DNA from: Betaproteobacteria bacterium
Lineage (GTDB): Bacteria > Pseudomonadota > Gammaproteobacteria > Burkholderiales > SG8-41
DNA length: 64,000 bases
Reading direction: 5' to 3'
Assembly (NCBI GenBank): GCA_021730905.1
Contig: JAKFYK010000021.1
Location: forward strand, 1,636 to 65,635
In this document: positions 27,589 through 38,280 of the stretch, piece after piece
How the letters are laid out: every line of letters starts with the position of its first letter
Position numbering within the stretch: position 1 is the first letter of the stretch
Position numbers and translations under genes: made by a program
The notes under the pieces: generated by a model
The model's database searches: none
The model's input: only the letters and a program-made list of their open reading frames with translations
What the model was told of the DNA's origin: nothing

Positions 27589-29898
27589 ATGCTCACCTCA
27601 ACGCACTGGGGCGTCTACGATGTCGCCGTCAAAGACGGCGTAATCACCGGCGTCACGCCGTTCGACCGCGATCCTGATCCATCACCGATTGGAAACGCAC
27701 TGCCCGGTGCGGTTCAAGGCCCGATGCGCGTGCGCCATCCGGCGATACGCAAGTGTTATCTTGAAGGGGGCGCTGGCGCGGCACGCCACAAACGCGGTGC
27801 GGAGCCGTTCGTCAATGTGAGCTGGAATGAAGCGCTCGATCTCGTCGCCGCGGAGTTGAAGCGCGTCACCACGCAATTCGGCAACAGCGCGATTTTTGCC
27901 GGTTCGTATGGCTGGTCGAGTGCGGGACGTTTTCATCATGCGCAAAGCCAGGTGCATCGTTTCATGAATGCAATCGGCGGTTACGTGGCGCATCTGGGCA
28001 CTTACAGCCTCGGTGCCGCGCGCACCCTGTTGCCGCGCATCCTGATGGATATGGATGTGATGCGCTCGCAGCAAACTGCATGGGTGTCGCTTGAGCAGCA
28101 CTGCGAGTTGTTGGTAGCGTTCGGCGGCGTTCCGTCGAAAAACGCTCAAGTCAATTCCGGCGGCATTAGCCAGCACGAAGTGCGTCCGATGCTGAAACGC
28201 CTCGCCGCAGCCGGCGTGAAGTTCGTCAACGTGTCACCTTTGCGCGAAGACATGGACGCCGCGCCCGGCGCCGAATGGGTACCCGTGCGCCCGAATACCG
28301 ACACCGCTTTCATGCTGGGCCTCGCGCACACGATTATTGCCGACGGCAAACACGACCAGGCGTTTCTTGCGCGTTATTGCACCGATTTCGAACCGTTCCG
28401 CAAATATGTGATGGGCGAAGCGGATGATGTAGCGAAATCAGCGGCATGGGCCGCTGAAATTTGTGATGTGCCGGCAGAAACCATCGTCACGCTGGCGCGC
28501 CGCATGGCCGCCAGCCGCACCATGATCAACGTCGCATGGGCGCTGCAGCGTGGCGATCACGGCGAACAGCCATACTGGATGGGCATCACGCTGGCGTGTT
28601 TACTCGGACAGATCGGCACGCCCGGTGGCGGCTTTGCGCTCGCGTACGGCCCCGTGGGTATCGAAGGCGCGAACGCGCGGCCGTTCTCTGGCCCAGTATT
28701 GCCGCAGGGACAGAATGGCGTGAAGACGCCGATCCCGGTCGCGCGCATCACCGACATGCTGGAAAATCCGGGTGGAGCCTATGATTTTGACGGCAAATTG
28801 TGCGCCTACCCAGACATTCGTTTGATCTATTGGGCCGGCGGCAATCCGTTTCATCATCATCAAGATTTGAATCGCCTGCTGCGCGCATGGCGCAGCAAAC
28901 CGGAGACGATCATCGTCAACGAGCAATACTGGAATCCCAATGCCAAGCTCGCCGATATCGTGCTGCCGGCCACCACCACGCTGGAGCGCGACGACATCGG
29001 CTCCAGCAGCCGCGACCGCCACATGATCGCGATGAAACGCGCGATCGATCCGGTGGCCGAAGCGCGCAACGACTACGATATCTTTACCGCCCTGTCCGAA
29101 CGAATGGGTGCAAAAGAAAAATTCACCGAGGGCCGTAACGAGCAGGCGTGGCTGCGTCACCTGTATGACGAATCCCGCGAGCGGGCGCGCAAGTTCGATC
29201 TGGAACTACCTTCGTTCGAAGCGTTCTGGTCCGAAGGATTCATTGAAATACCGGCACCGTTGGAGCCGCCAGTGATGATGCGCAGGTTTCGCGAGGATCC
29301 GGTGGCGAACAAGCTGCCCACGCCGTCGGGAAAAATAGAAATCACCTCGCCCACTATCGCCTCGTTCAACTATGACGATTGCTCCGGCCATCCTGCGTGG
29401 TTCGCGCCTGCCGAATGGCTGGGCAGCTCGCTGGCTGAAAAATATCCGCTGCACCTGATGTCGCACCAGCCATCCACGCGCCTGCACAGCCAGTACGATC
29501 ACGGCAGCGTCAGCCTCGCCGCCAAAATACAAGGGCGCGAAGCCATCACGCTGCATCCGCAGGATGCGGCGGCGCGCGGCATCAAGGCCGGCGACGTGGT
29601 GCGCGTTTTCAACGATCGCGGCGCGTGTCTCGCTGGTGTCAAAATCGACGATGGCGTGCGGCGCGGCGTCGCCGTGCTGCCCACCGGCGCATGGTTCGAT
29701 CCGCTCGACCCTGCCGAAAGCGGCTCGCTGGAGAAGCACGGCAACCCCAATGTGCTCACGCTCGATAAAGGCACATCGAAACTCACGCAGGGTTGCAGCG
29801 CACACACTGCGCTGGTTGAGGTTGAGTTATTCAAGGGTGCGTTACCGCGTGTAACGGCATTTGACCCGCCGCAGTTCGTTGCACGGGATAAAAAATAA
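27589..29898 (+). CDS. Molybdopterin (bis-MGD) S-/N-oxide reductase, BisC/TorZ-like, cytoplasmic
   Basis: 769 aa with no signal or Tat motif. THWGVYDV, VSWNEALDLVAAELKRV and IFAGSYGWSSAGRFHHAQSQVHRFMNAIGGY closely resemble my memory of E. coli BisC. Confidence 0.85.
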   Translation: MLTSTHWGVYDVAVKDGVITGVTPFDRDPDPSPIGNALPGAVQGPMRVRHPAIRKCYLEGGAGAARHKRGAEPFVNVSWNEALDLVAAELKRVTTQFGNSAIFAGSYGWSSAGRFHHAQSQVHRFMNAIGGYVAHLGTYSLGAARTLLPRILMDMDVMRSQQTAWVSLEQHCELLVAFGGVPSKNAQVNSGGISQHEVRPMLKRLAAAGVKFVNVSPLREDMDAAPGAEWVPVRPNTDTAFMLGLAHTIIADGKHDQAFLARYCTDFEPFRKYVMGEADDVAKSAAWAAEICDVPAETIVTLARRMAASRTMINVAWALQRGDHGEQPYWMGITLACLLGQIGTPGGGFALAYGPVGIEGANARPFSGPVLPQGQNGVKTPIPVARITDMLENPGGAYDFDGKLCAYPDIRLIYWAGGNPFHHHQDLNRLLRAWRSKPETIIVNEQYWNPNAKLADIVLPATTTLERDDIGSSSRDRHMIAMKRAIDPVAEARNDYDIFTALSERMGAKEKFTEGRNEQAWLRHLYDESRERARKFDLELPSFEAFWSEGFIEIPAPLEPPVMMRRFREDPVANKLPTPSGKIEITSPTIASFNYDDCSGHPAWFAPAEWLGSSLAEKYPLHLMSHQPSTRLHSQYDHGSVSLAAKIQGREAITLHPQDAAARGIKAGDVVRVFNDRGACLAGVKIDDGVRRGVAVLPTGAWFDPLDPAESGSLEKHGNPNVLTLDKGTSKLTQGCSAHTALVEVELFKGALPRVTAFDPPQFVARDKK

Positions 29899-29901
29899 CC
29901 A

Positions 29902-29924
29902 TTTAAAAATAAATATTTACATAC
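29902..29924 (+). repeat. AT-rich recurrent motif, copy e (diverged)
   Basis: tttaaaaataaatatttacatac lies at the oxidoreductase/hydrolase junction, 18 nt before the ATG at 29937. Confidence 0.7.
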
Positions 29925-29936
29925 TCGGAGGATTTG

Positions 29937-31001
29937 ATGAAGCACGATCGCCCGATTTCAACACTCGCGCTCACGCTTGGCATAGTCAGTGCGCTCAGCG
30001 GATGTGCATCCACTTCATCATCGCCTGGCGACGGCAGCATCGTGCTGAAAAGCGTGCGCGGATTTCATGTCGGCGGCGAACGCGTGAGCTTGCAAGGATT
30101 GCCGACGAAAGAAATCCGCACCAATCCGCAGGCACCGATCCGCATCTCCAATCCCAACGGCGACTATCAGGTGGGCCAGCTTTACGTGCAGCAATTTTCG
30201 CTCGTCTCGCCCAAAGGCAAAGTGCCGATCCTGTTGTGGCACGGCGGCGGATTGACTGGTGTCACATGGGAAGTCACCCCCGATGGCCGCTCGGGATGGC
30301 ATGAGTTCTTCATGCGCGCCGGTTACGACACTTATGTATCGGACGCCGTCGAGCGTGGCCGCGCGTCGTGGGCACGCTACCCAGAAATCAATAAAATAGA
30401 GCCGGAACACCGCACGCCCAATCAGGCGTGGGACATTTTCCGCTTCGGGCCGTCGGATGGTTACGCATCGGATCCTGCCAAACAAAAAGTCCATCCGGGC
30501 CAGCAGTTCCCCGCTGCCAGCATCGACCAGTTCGGCAAACAATTCGTCGCACGCTGGACCACCAGCGATGCCTGGATACAAAAAGCCTACAACGAATTGG
30601 TACAGCGCGTGTGCCCGTGCATCATCATCGGCCACAGCCAGGCCGGCCAATTCGTATACGCCGCAGCGCAAGCCGCGCCCGACAAGATCAAAGCCGTGGT
30701 GATGGTGGAGCCCGCCTCGGGACTGGAACCCGCGAAATTCAGCGGTGCGACTGTGAAGCACATTCCCCATCTGACGGTGTGGGGCGACTACATCACCGGC
30801 AGCAAACTGTGGACCACCTATCGCGGCAACGTGCAACGCTACACCAGCACCATTAGCGCGGCAGGCGGCACCGCCGATACCTTCGATCTGCCGGCGATGG
30901 GCGTGCGCGGCAACAGTCACATGGTGATGATGGATAAAAACAGCGACGAAGTCGCGCGGCTGATTCGCAACTGGCTCGTCAAGCAAGGCCTCGAAAATTG
31001 A
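29937..31001 (+). CDS. Lipoprotein alpha/beta-hydrolase (esterase-like)
   Basis: The lipobox LSGCAS and the nucleophile elbow GHSQAG are present. The SD cggagga lies before the ATG at 29937 (the track starts one codon earlier at a TTG). Confidence 0.75.
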   Translation: MKHDRPISTLALTLGIVSALSGCASTSSSPGDGSIVLKSVRGFHVGGERVSLQGLPTKEIRTNPQAPIRISNPNGDYQVGQLYVQQFSLVSPKGKVPILLWHGGGLTGVTWEVTPDGRSGWHEFFMRAGYDTYVSDAVERGRASWARYPEINKIEPEHRTPNQAWDIFRFGPSDGYASDPAKQKVHPGQQFPAASIDQFGKQFVARWTTSDAWIQKAYNELVQRVCPCIIIGHSQAGQFVYAAAQAAPDKIKAVVMVEPASGLEPAKFSGATVKHIPHLTVWGDYITGSKLWTTYRGNVQRYTSTISAAGGTADTFDLPAMGVRGNSHMVMMDKNSDEVARLIRNWLVKQGLEN

Positions 31002-31981
31002 TGCGGTGTGCATGCTTTCTCGGCACGGTTGCGCTCACTGCGTCATTGGCGGCGGCAGCGCAAACACCCGGCGCCTGGAAGCCCGCACGCAATGTTGAAC
31101 TCGTCGCCGCTTCTTCGGCAGGCGGCGGCTCGGACAATCTCGCAAGGCTGGTACAGAAAATCCTGCAGGAACAAAAGATCATCGACGTGCCGATGACTGT
31201 GATCAACAAACCGGCGTCGGGCGGCGTGGTGGCATGGAGCGGCCTTAATCAAAATCCGCTGGACGGCCACCATCTTGCCATCAGCACCGCGAACCTGCTC
31301 ACCAACCACATCACCGGCCGCAGCACGCTGCACTACACCGATGTCACCGCCGTCGCGCAATTGTTCAGCGAGTCAGTGGGCATCGCGGTGCGCGCGGATT
31401 CTCCGCTGCGCAGCGGGCGCGAGCTCGCCGCGCTGTTGAAATCCGACGCCGGCAGCGTCAGTGCCGCGATCGGCACCAGCCTCGGCAATACCGGCCACAT
31501 CACACTGGCGATGGTCACGCAGACGGCGGGCGGTGACGCAAAGAAACTGAAATCGGTGGTGTTCCAGTCGGTGTCGCAAGGCGTCACCGCGCTGCTCGGC
31601 GGCCATGTCGATGTGATCACCACGCCGGCGTCGAATCTCGCTGCACATCACGTCGCCGGACGCATCCGCATCATCGGCCTCTCCACGCCGCAACGTTACG
31701 CAGGCGCGCTGGCGCAGGTGCCGACGTGGCGCGAACAAGGCATCAATGTCGTGGTCGATAATCTGCGCGGCATCATCGGCCCGAAAGCAATGACCGCGGC
31801 ACAGACTGCGTATTGGGAAGCAGCACTCGCACGCGTGGCACGCACCGACGAATGGAAAGCCCATCTGGAAAAAAATCAGTGGGCCGACAGTTTCGTCGGC
31901 GCCGAGGGCAGCCGCAAAGCGTTGGCGGATCAGCATGAGGAAATGCGCGTGGGGTTGGCCGCCTTGGGCATGATTAAATAG
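30998..31981 (+). CDS. Bug/TctC-family periplasmic solute-binding protein
   Basis: 327 aa with a signal peptide (LTASLAAAAQ). VELVAASSAGGGSDNLARL is present. The start (TTG 30998 or ATG 31001) overlaps the upstream stop. Confidence 0.85.
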   Translation: MMRCACFLGTVALTASLAAAAQTPGAWKPARNVELVAASSAGGGSDNLARLVQKILQEQKIIDVPMTVINKPASGGVVAWSGLNQNPLDGHHLAISTANLLTNHITGRSTLHYTDVTAVAQLFSESVGIAVRADSPLRSGRELAALLKSDAGSVSAAIGTSLGNTGHITLAMVTQTAGGDAKKLKSVVFQSVSQGVTALLGGHVDVITTPASNLAAHHVAGRIRIIGLSTPQRYAGALAQVPTWREQGINVVVDNLRGIIGPKAMTAAQTAYWEAALARVARTDEWKAHLEKNQWADSFVGAEGSRKALADQHEEMRVGLAALGMIK

Positions 31982-31984
31982 TTA

Positions 31985-32006
31985 TTTAAAAACAAATAGT
32001 TACATA
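31985..32006 (+). repeat. AT-rich recurrent motif, copy f
   Basis: tttaaaaacaaatagttacata fills the whole Bug/MaoC junction and runs into the ATG at 32006. Confidence 0.8.
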
Positions 32007-32827
32007 TGATCACTATGGCAAGCAATACTCCCTATCGGGTGCGCACGCACAATCCGTCCACGCAATCCGAAAACCGCATGCACAGCGACGACGTCGCGCG
32101 GCAATTCGGATTCAAGGGCGGCCTGGTGCCCGGCGTTACCGTATTCGCTCACATGACGCAACCGCTGGTTGCGCGTTACGGCGAAGCGTGGCTCGCGCGC
32201 GGCACGGCGGAGGTGAGTTTCGGCAAGCCGGCGTACGAAGGCGAATTGCTCAGCATACACACCACTGATGCCAGCAACGGATCGCACACGCTCACTTGCC
32301 TCAACGAGCAAGGTGTCGAGCTCGCGCGCATGAGCGCGGCTTTGTCCCCAGTACCCGCGACGCCGGACGCACGCGGTGACATTCCGTCCGCGCCACCGCA
32401 GCCGCAGGAACGCCCCACCGTGACCTGGGACCTGATGGAAATCAACAAACCTTTCCCCGCGCTCGCATGGACGCCCACGCTCGAAGAAAATCTCGAATGG
32501 TGCCGCGACTCACGCGATGAATTGCCGCTGTATCACGAAGGCGCCGCACCATTGCTGCACCCCGGCCTGATCCTGCGGCAGGCCAATTACGTGCTGCGCA
32601 AGCGTTTCATCATCCCCGCGTGGATACACGCCGCCAGCCGCATCACGTTTTACGAAGCAATGCGCGTAGGCCCTCATTACGAAGTGCGCGCGATCCCCGA
32701 GGAAAAGTGGAATCACAAAGGCCACGAATTCGTGCGCCTGTATGTCGCCGTGCGTCGTGAACAGCGCACCGTGGCGGAGATGCTGCATACGGCAATTTTT
32801 CGGCCGCGCGCGCGCAATACTATTTAA
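32006..32827 (+). CDS. MaoC-like (hot-dog fold) dehydratase family protein
   Basis: 273 aa. NRMHSDDVARQFGFKGGLVPGVTVFAHM is typical of MaoC-type hot-dog domains. The start could be 32006 or 32015. Confidence 0.65.
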   Translation: MITMASNTPYRVRTHNPSTQSENRMHSDDVARQFGFKGGLVPGVTVFAHMTQPLVARYGEAWLARGTAEVSFGKPAYEGELLSIHTTDASNGSHTLTCLNEQGVELARMSAALSPVPATPDARGDIPSAPPQPQERPTVTWDLMEINKPFPALAWTPTLEENLEWCRDSRDELPLYHEGAAPLLHPGLILRQANYVLRKRFIIPAWIHAASRITFYEAMRVGPHYEVRAIPEEKWNHKGHEFVRLYVAVRREQRTVAEMLHTAIFRPRARNTI

Positions 32828-32844
32828 CAGGCTGGCGCAGCCCG

Positions 32845-33498
32845 TCAGGGTTTATCCGCCACCACGCCATTGCGCTGCGCCACCTGCACCAGTTGCGCCG
32901 ACGTTTCCACGCCAAGCTTCTGCCGTATCGCCGACTGGTGGTTGGCCACGGTCTTGGCGCTTAACTGAAGTTTTTCCGCGATGACTGCGACTGTGTCGCC
33001 CGTCACCAGCAGGCGCATCACCTCAAATTCGCGATTCGACAATACGTTAAGACCTGCCTCGCCGCCGCCGACGGACTGCAACGCAAGCGTTTGCGCCATA
33101 TCCTGACTCAGATAGCGTTTGCCCTGTGCGACGGTACGCACCGCCTCGACCAGCACCTCCGGCGCACTGGCCTTGGTGACGTAGCCCAATGCGCCCGCCT
33201 GAAACGCGCGCGAAGCAAATATCGGTTCGTCATGCATGCTGAACATCAACACTTTTGCGCGCGGATCGCGCGCGAGCATATGGCGCATGGCTTCAATGCC
33301 GCTGGCGCCCGGCAATGAGATATCCATCACCACCACATCAGGATTGAGACGCTGGAATTCGCTGTAAGCATCGGCAGCGTTCGCCGCTTCACCGACGATG
33401 CGTATGCCGACGCTGCGCTCCAGTAGCCGGCGGTAGCCTTCACGCACCACGGAATGGTCATCCACCAGAAAAACCGAAATCGCCGCCGGCGCGTTCAT
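32845..33498 (-). CDS. NarL/LuxR-family two-component response regulator
   Basis: The receiver domain (VFLVDDHSVVREG, DVVVMDISLPG) is followed by a C-terminal LuxR HTH (LSNREFEVMRLLVTGDTVAVIAEKLQLSAKTVANH). Confidence 0.92.
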   Translation of the reverse strand: MNAPAAISVFLVDDHSVVREGYRRLLERSVGIRIVGEAANAADAYSEFQRLNPDVVVMDISLPGASGIEAMRHMLARDPRAKVLMFSMHDEPIFASRAFQAGALGYVTKASAPEVLVEAVRTVAQGKRYLSQDMAQTLALQSVGGGEAGLNVLSNREFEVMRLLVTGDTVAVIAEKLQLSAKTVANHQSAIRQKLGVETSAQLVQVAQRNGVVADKP

Positions 33499-34454
33499 GC
33501 TGCCGCTCCCGGCACAGGAATCGTCGCACGAATATGAAAGCCATGCCCGGCCGTGGACTCGATCGCGATGTCGCCGCCCAAAGCCTCCACCCTTTCGCGC
33601 ATGCCTACCAGGCCCAGCCCCGGTGCCGGCGCCTGGACGCCGTGCGATGCGCCCAGCCCATCATCGACGATGTCGAGCAGCACCTGATCGCGCGCGCGCT
33701 CCAGACGTATGCTCACGCTGCGCGCCTGCGCGTGGCGCGTCACGTTATTCAACGCTTCCTGCACCAGGCGGTAGCAGGTCATATTCTCGTTTTCCTTCAA
33801 ACCGTCTATTCCTGAATCGACCTTCAGCGTGGCGCGCGTGGCAGCATTGCGCGTCTGCCATTGCTGCACCAGATGTTCAAGTGCGGCTGCCAGACCCAGT
33901 TCGTCCAGCCCTGCCGGCCGCAGGCGGCGCAGCATATTGCGTATCGTATCCTGCACCTGGTTGGCGATACCGATAATTGCCAGCGCCGCGCCATGCACTT
34001 CCGTCCATTTGCCTTCACGGCTGGCGCTGCTCCAGTCACGTATCGACACCGCATCGATCTTGATGGCGTTCAAATGCTGCCCCAATTCATCATGCAGCTC
34101 GCGCGCAAGCTGCTTGCGTTCGTCTTCCTGCACACGCACGTGTGATAGCGACAGCCGCCGGTTTTCGGCCAGGGTTTCCGCCAACTGCCGTTCCAGCGCC
34201 ACGCGCCGCGCCAGTTCCATGCGCGCCTCGCGCACGCGCCGCCAGGCGAACCACGACAAGGCCAGCGCCAGAAACAGCAGGACACCGGGAATCTCGTCCA
34301 GTTGATAACGCTCCCACGGCCGCGTCCATGCCAGTACCCGTTCGTTCAATTCAACCGCCACGCTGAACACCCAGAACAGGCCGGTGCCCGCACACACCAG
34401 CAGCAGGTCACGCCGCGCAACCGCCATATCGTGAACGTGTGTGAGTGTTTTCAT
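33495..34454 (-). CDS. Sensor histidine kinase (HisKA_3/NarX-type)
   Basis: H-box ELHDELGQHLNAIK, N-box EALNNVTRHAQA and G-box DDGLGA..GLGLVGMRERV are present. The ATG at 34454 (MKTLTH) is preferred. The stop overlaps the regulator start. Confidence 0.88.
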   Translation of the reverse strand: MKTLTHVHDMAVARRDLLLVCAGTGLFWVFSVAVELNERVLAWTRPWERYQLDEIPGVLLFLALALSWFAWRRVREARMELARRVALERQLAETLAENRRLSLSHVRVQEDERKQLARELHDELGQHLNAIKIDAVSIRDWSSASREGKWTEVHGAALAIIGIANQVQDTIRNMLRRLRPAGLDELGLAAALEHLVQQWQTRNAATRATLKVDSGIDGLKENENMTCYRLVQEALNNVTRHAQARSVSIRLERARDQVLLDIVDDGLGASHGVQAPAPGLGLVGMRERVEALGGDIAIESTAGHGFHIRATIPVPGAAA

Positions 34455-34633
34455 GCAGTTCCTTCGGCGATGCACCCCATCAGGAAAAATTCCCGGCGGC
34501 TGGCGGGAAATAGTACAACGGTAAACACCGCGTTTGAAAATTTCTGAATCTACAATAGTAGAAGTAAACGCAGCATTGCAAGCACGCTGGCAGCAAACCA
34601 CATAAAAACAGCGGCGTCCACCAGGGAAAATTC

Positions 34634-37168
34634 ATGTCAGTCAGATCTTTCAGCGCAAGCCGGAAACTTGTTTTCGTGTGTCTGTGCGGCGCAATCCTGT
34701 CCGCCAATACCGCCTTTGCCGCAGAACCCAAACCTGGTACGACGAAGTTACCCCAGGTTGAAGTGATCGGCACCACGCCGTTACCCGGTATCGGTCTCGC
34801 GCGCGAGCTGATTTCGTCTCCCGTGCAATCAGCGACAGACGCCGATATGCGGCGCGGAAACTCCCTCGATCTCTCGGATTTTCTGAACCGCAACCTCGGC
34901 AGCGTTCATGTCAACGAGATGCAGAACAATCCATATCAGCCCGACGTGAACTACCGCGGCTTTACCGCGTCGCCCCTGCTGGGCACGCCGCAAGGCCTAT
35001 CGGTGTACCTTGACGGCGTGCGCCTGAACCAGCCTTTCGGCGACGTCGTCAGCTGGGATCTCATTCCGAAATCCGCCATCTCCTCGATCACCCTGATGCC
35101 CGGCTCCAATCCATTGTTTGGTTTGAATACGCTGGGCGGCGCGCTGTCGATACAAACCAAGGGCGGCCGCAGCCACCCTGGCGCGGCGATTCAGGCGTAT
35201 ATCGGCATGAACTCGCGCCGCGCCACCGAGTTTGAGTATGGCGGCAGCAACAAGACGCTGGACTGGTTTGTCACCGGCAATCTGTTCAGGGAAAACGGCT
35301 GGCGCGACGATTCACCCTCGCGTGTCGGACAGTTGTTCGGCAAGCTCGGCTGGCGCAACGCGGCCACCGATCTCAAACTCACGCTGGCGCATGCCAGCAA
35401 CAAACTCACCGGCAACGGCCTGCAGGAACAAAACCTGCTCGCCGGCAATTACGCCAGCGTGTACACCAAGCCTGACGTCACCGAAAATCAATCGACATTC
35501 CTGAATCTGGCGCTGAATCACAACATCAGCGACAACGCCGTATTTTCTGCCAATGCGTACTACCGCCGCATGCTCACGCGCACACTCAACGGCGACATCA
35601 ACGAAGAATCGCTGGATCAGAGTCTGTATCAACCCAACGGGGCCGAACAGGCCGCCCTTGCCGCCGCCGGCTATACCGGCTTTCCCGTTGCCGGCGAGAA
35701 TTCCTCCAACACACCGTTTCCGATCTGGCGCTGTATTGCCAACGTGCTGCTGCTCGACGAAGCCGCTGAAAAATGCAACGGCCTCATCAACCGCAGCCGC
35801 ACGCGGCAGGATAACTACGGCATCTCGGGTCAGTTCGCGCTACAGGGGTTGGTCGGCGGCCACCGCAACCATTTCACCGGCGGCGCGGCGTACGATGCCA
35901 GCCGCGTGCGCTTCAGCCAGTCCACGCAACTAGGCTATCTCAATCCCGACCGCAGCGTCACCGGACTGAACGCGTTTGGCGACGGCGTCACCGGGGGCGT
36001 CGATGATGACGGCAATCCGTTCGACACGCGCGTCGACCTCAGCGGACGCAACCACACGTGGAGCGTGTACGCCACCGACACGCTGTCCATCAACAATATC
36101 TGGCACCTGACGGTATCGGGCCGCTACAACCGCACGGTGGTTCGCAACCGCGACCTGATCAATCCCGGCGGCGGCGCGGGCTCGCTCGATGGCGAACACA
36201 CCTTCAGCCGCTTCAACCCGGCGATAGGAATGGCCTTTGCGCCCGGCAAGTCGATTCGCGCCTACGCGGGCTACAGCGAAGGCAGCCGCGCGCCGAGTTC
36301 CATCGAACTCGGTTGCGCCGATCCGAATAACCCGTGCCGCCTCCCCAACTCGATGGCTGGCGATCCACCGTTGAAGCAAGTGGTCACCAAAACGTGGGAA
36401 CTCGGTTTGCACGGCCTGTTGTCCAATGGCATACGCTGGAACGCAGGGGTATTTCGCGCGGAGAACCACGACGACATTCTGTTCGTGGCGGCGCCCGACA
36501 ACACCCAGTTCGGCTATTTCAAGAATTTCGGCAAAACGCGGCGCGACGGCTTCGAGGCGGGCGCCAGCGGCAAGGCAGGCGCGCTCAATCTCGGCGCCAA
36601 CTACACGTATCTCGACGCCACCTACCAATCGACCGAGACTGTCAACGGCGCCGGCAACAGCAGCAACACCGTCGGACAGGGCCTCGAGGGAGGAAGCATC
36701 CAGATCAATCCCGGCAACCGCATGCCGCTGATCCCGCAGCACCTGGTCAAGGCGTACGCCGACTACCAGATCACCGGTGCGCTCTCCGCCGGACTGAACA
36801 TGATTGTCACCGGCAGTTCCCTTGCGCGCGGCAACGAAAACGGCGCGCATGTTCCCGACGGCACCACCTACCTCGGTCCCGGCAAAGCCGGCGGCTACAC
36901 CGTGTTCAATTTCAGCGCGCAGTATCAGGCGGATAAGCAGCTAAAATTTTTCACGCAGGTCAACAACCTGTTCAACCGCCGTTACCACACCGCCGCGCAG
37001 CTCGGCCCCACCGGCTTCACCGCCAACGGCAATTTCATCGCGCGTCCGCTGCCTGCCATCGGCGGCGACTTCCCCGTGCGGCAAGCGACGTTTTACGCGC
37101 CCGGCGCGCCGCGCATGATCTGGGTGGGTGTGCGGTATCAGTTTGATATGCCGCGCGCCAGTAACTGA
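34634..37168 (+). CDS. TonB-dependent outer-membrane receptor
   Basis: 844 aa with a signal peptide. Plug strings are [14 protein letters not shown] and [35 protein letters not shown]. The beta-barrel tail ends WVGVRYQF. Confidence 0.9.
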   Translation: MSVRSFSASRKLVFVCLCGAILSANTAFAAEPKPGTTKLPQVEVIGTTPLPGIGLARELISSPVQSATDADMRRGNSLDLSDFLNRNLGSVHVNEMQNNPYQPDVNYRGFTASPLLGTPQGLSVYLDGVRLNQPFGDVVSWDLIPKSAISSITLMPGSNPLFGLNTLGGALSIQTKGGRSHPGAAIQAYIGMNSRRATEFEYGGSNKTLDWFVTGNLFRENGWRDDSPSRVGQLFGKLGWRNAATDLKLTLAHASNKLTGNGLQEQNLLAGNYASVYTKPDVTENQSTFLNLALNHNISDNAVFSANAYYRRMLTRTLNGDINEESLDQSLYQPNGAEQAALAAAGYTGFPVAGENSSNTPFPIWRCIANVLLLDEAAEKCNGLINRSRTRQDNYGISGQFALQGLVGGHRNHFTGGAAYDASRVRFSQSTQLGYLNPDRSVTGLNAFGDGVTGGVDDDGNPFDTRVDLSGRNHTWSVYATDTLSINNIWHLTVSGRYNRTVVRNRDLINPGGGAGSLDGEHTFSRFNPAIGMAFAPGKSIRAYAGYSEGSRAPSSIELGCADPNNPCRLPNSMAGDPPLKQVVTKTWELGLHGLLSNGIRWNAGVFRAENHDDILFVAAPDNTQFGYFKNFGKTRRDGFEAGASGKAGALNLGANYTYLDATYQSTETVNGAGNSSNTVGQGLEGGSIQINPGNRMPLIPQHLVKAYADYQITGALSAGLNMIVTGSSLARGNENGAHVPDGTTYLGPGKAGGYTVFNFSAQYQADKQLKFFTQVNNLFNRRYHTAAQLGPTGFTANGNFIARPLPAIGGDFPVRQATFYAPGAPRMIWVGVRYQFDMPRASN

Positions 37169-37436
37169 GCAAACGGCACAGCCACCTCACCGCTTTTCAC
37201 GACAGGCAATCACAACATCACGCCGATGCCTTACTCTGCCTGACCTAATATTGCCATCCAACTGATCTTTCTCTTTACTTCAATCCAGCCGCTGCCATGC
37301 AGCGGACCTACTGCACTTCGCACCACTTGCGGCACGGCGCTCAGGCGTGTTGACTGCTTATCACTACGTGGATACAGTGCCTGTCAGAAAAACGCGGTAT
37401 GCAAATTTCTCATTCAATCGAAAGAAACACAGCCTC

Positions 37437-38279
37437 ATGAATGAATTCAGATTGGTCCAGGTCGCCGATATTCATCTGGGCGCTGGGCAGGAGCACCATC
37501 TCGACAACTGGCTGAAAGTCGCCGCCTGGATCGGGCGCGAGCGGCCCGATCTGGTGGTCGTCAACGGCGACCTGATCATGGGCGATCCGGACGACGAAGC
37601 GGATTACGCGTTTGCGTGCGTGCACATCGGGCAGTTGTCGGTGCCGTGCCGATATCTGCCCGGCAATCACGACATCGGCGACAACGTCATCTCCGGCAAA
37701 ATGCCAAAGCGCGTCAACGATGCGCGGCGCGCGCGCTTCGTGGCGCACTTCGGCGAAGAGCGCTGGGCATTCCAGGCTGCGGGCTGGGGATTCGTGGGGC
37801 TTAATTCGCAACTGCTGGGCAGCGACGGCCAGCCCGCCGAAGCCGAGCAATGGACGTGGCTCGAGCATACGCTGGAAAGTTTTTCCGATGGCCCGGTTGC
37901 GCTGTTCCTGCACAAGCCGCTGTTCCTCGATCATCCGTCGGAGCCTGATCACCAGGACGCCACGTTGCGCCAGTCGTGCATCGATGCCGCGAGCCGCGCG
38001 CGCCTGCTCGATCTGTGCAGGGACCATCGCGTGCGTCTGGTGAGTTCGGGCCACAAGCACCAGACGCGATCCTTTTCGCTCGACGGCATTTACTATTTGT
38101 GGGGGCCGTCCACCGCCTGTGTCAACTCTCCGCCCACCACACTGCACTGGGGCACGCGCGAAGTGGGATTCATCGACTACCGGTTCCGGCCGGACGGCTT
38201 CGATCATCGCATCGTCGGCGCGGATTTTCTGTTCCGGCATGAAAACTATATACGCAAGTACGGTGCCGCCAGCGAATAG
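37437..38279 (+). CDS. Calcineurin-like metallophosphoesterase
   Basis: VQVADIHLG, VVNGDL, LPGNHD and SGHKH metal-binding motifs occur in the canonical order. The ATG is at 37437. Confidence 0.85.
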   Translation: MNEFRLVQVADIHLGAGQEHHLDNWLKVAAWIGRERPDLVVVNGDLIMGDPDDEADYAFACVHIGQLSVPCRYLPGNHDIGDNVISGKMPKRVNDARRARFVAHFGEERWAFQAAGWGFVGLNSQLLGSDGQPAEAEQWTWLEHTLESFSDGPVALFLHKPLFLDHPSEPDHQDATLRQSCIDAASRARLLDLCRDHRVRLVSSGHKHQTRSFSLDGIYYLWGPSTACVNSPPTTLHWGTREVGFIDYRFRPDGFDHRIVGADFLFRHENYIRKYGAASE

Positions 38280-38280
38280 C

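Noticed and set aside
27551-32010. The AT-rich junction motifs as integron attC sites or gene-cassette boundaries
   Set aside because: No integron integrase or attI is in the window. The motif lacks the imperfect inverted-repeat (R''-L''/L'-R') structure of attC and is too short. The cassette-like idea is kept only as a weak hypothesis.
34455-34633. Possible Fur box or riboswitch upstream of the TonB-dependent receptor
   Set aside because: The AT-rich stretch gaaaatttctgaatctacaatagtag only loosely resembles the Fur consensus. I could find no conserved riboswitch core such as the B12 box.
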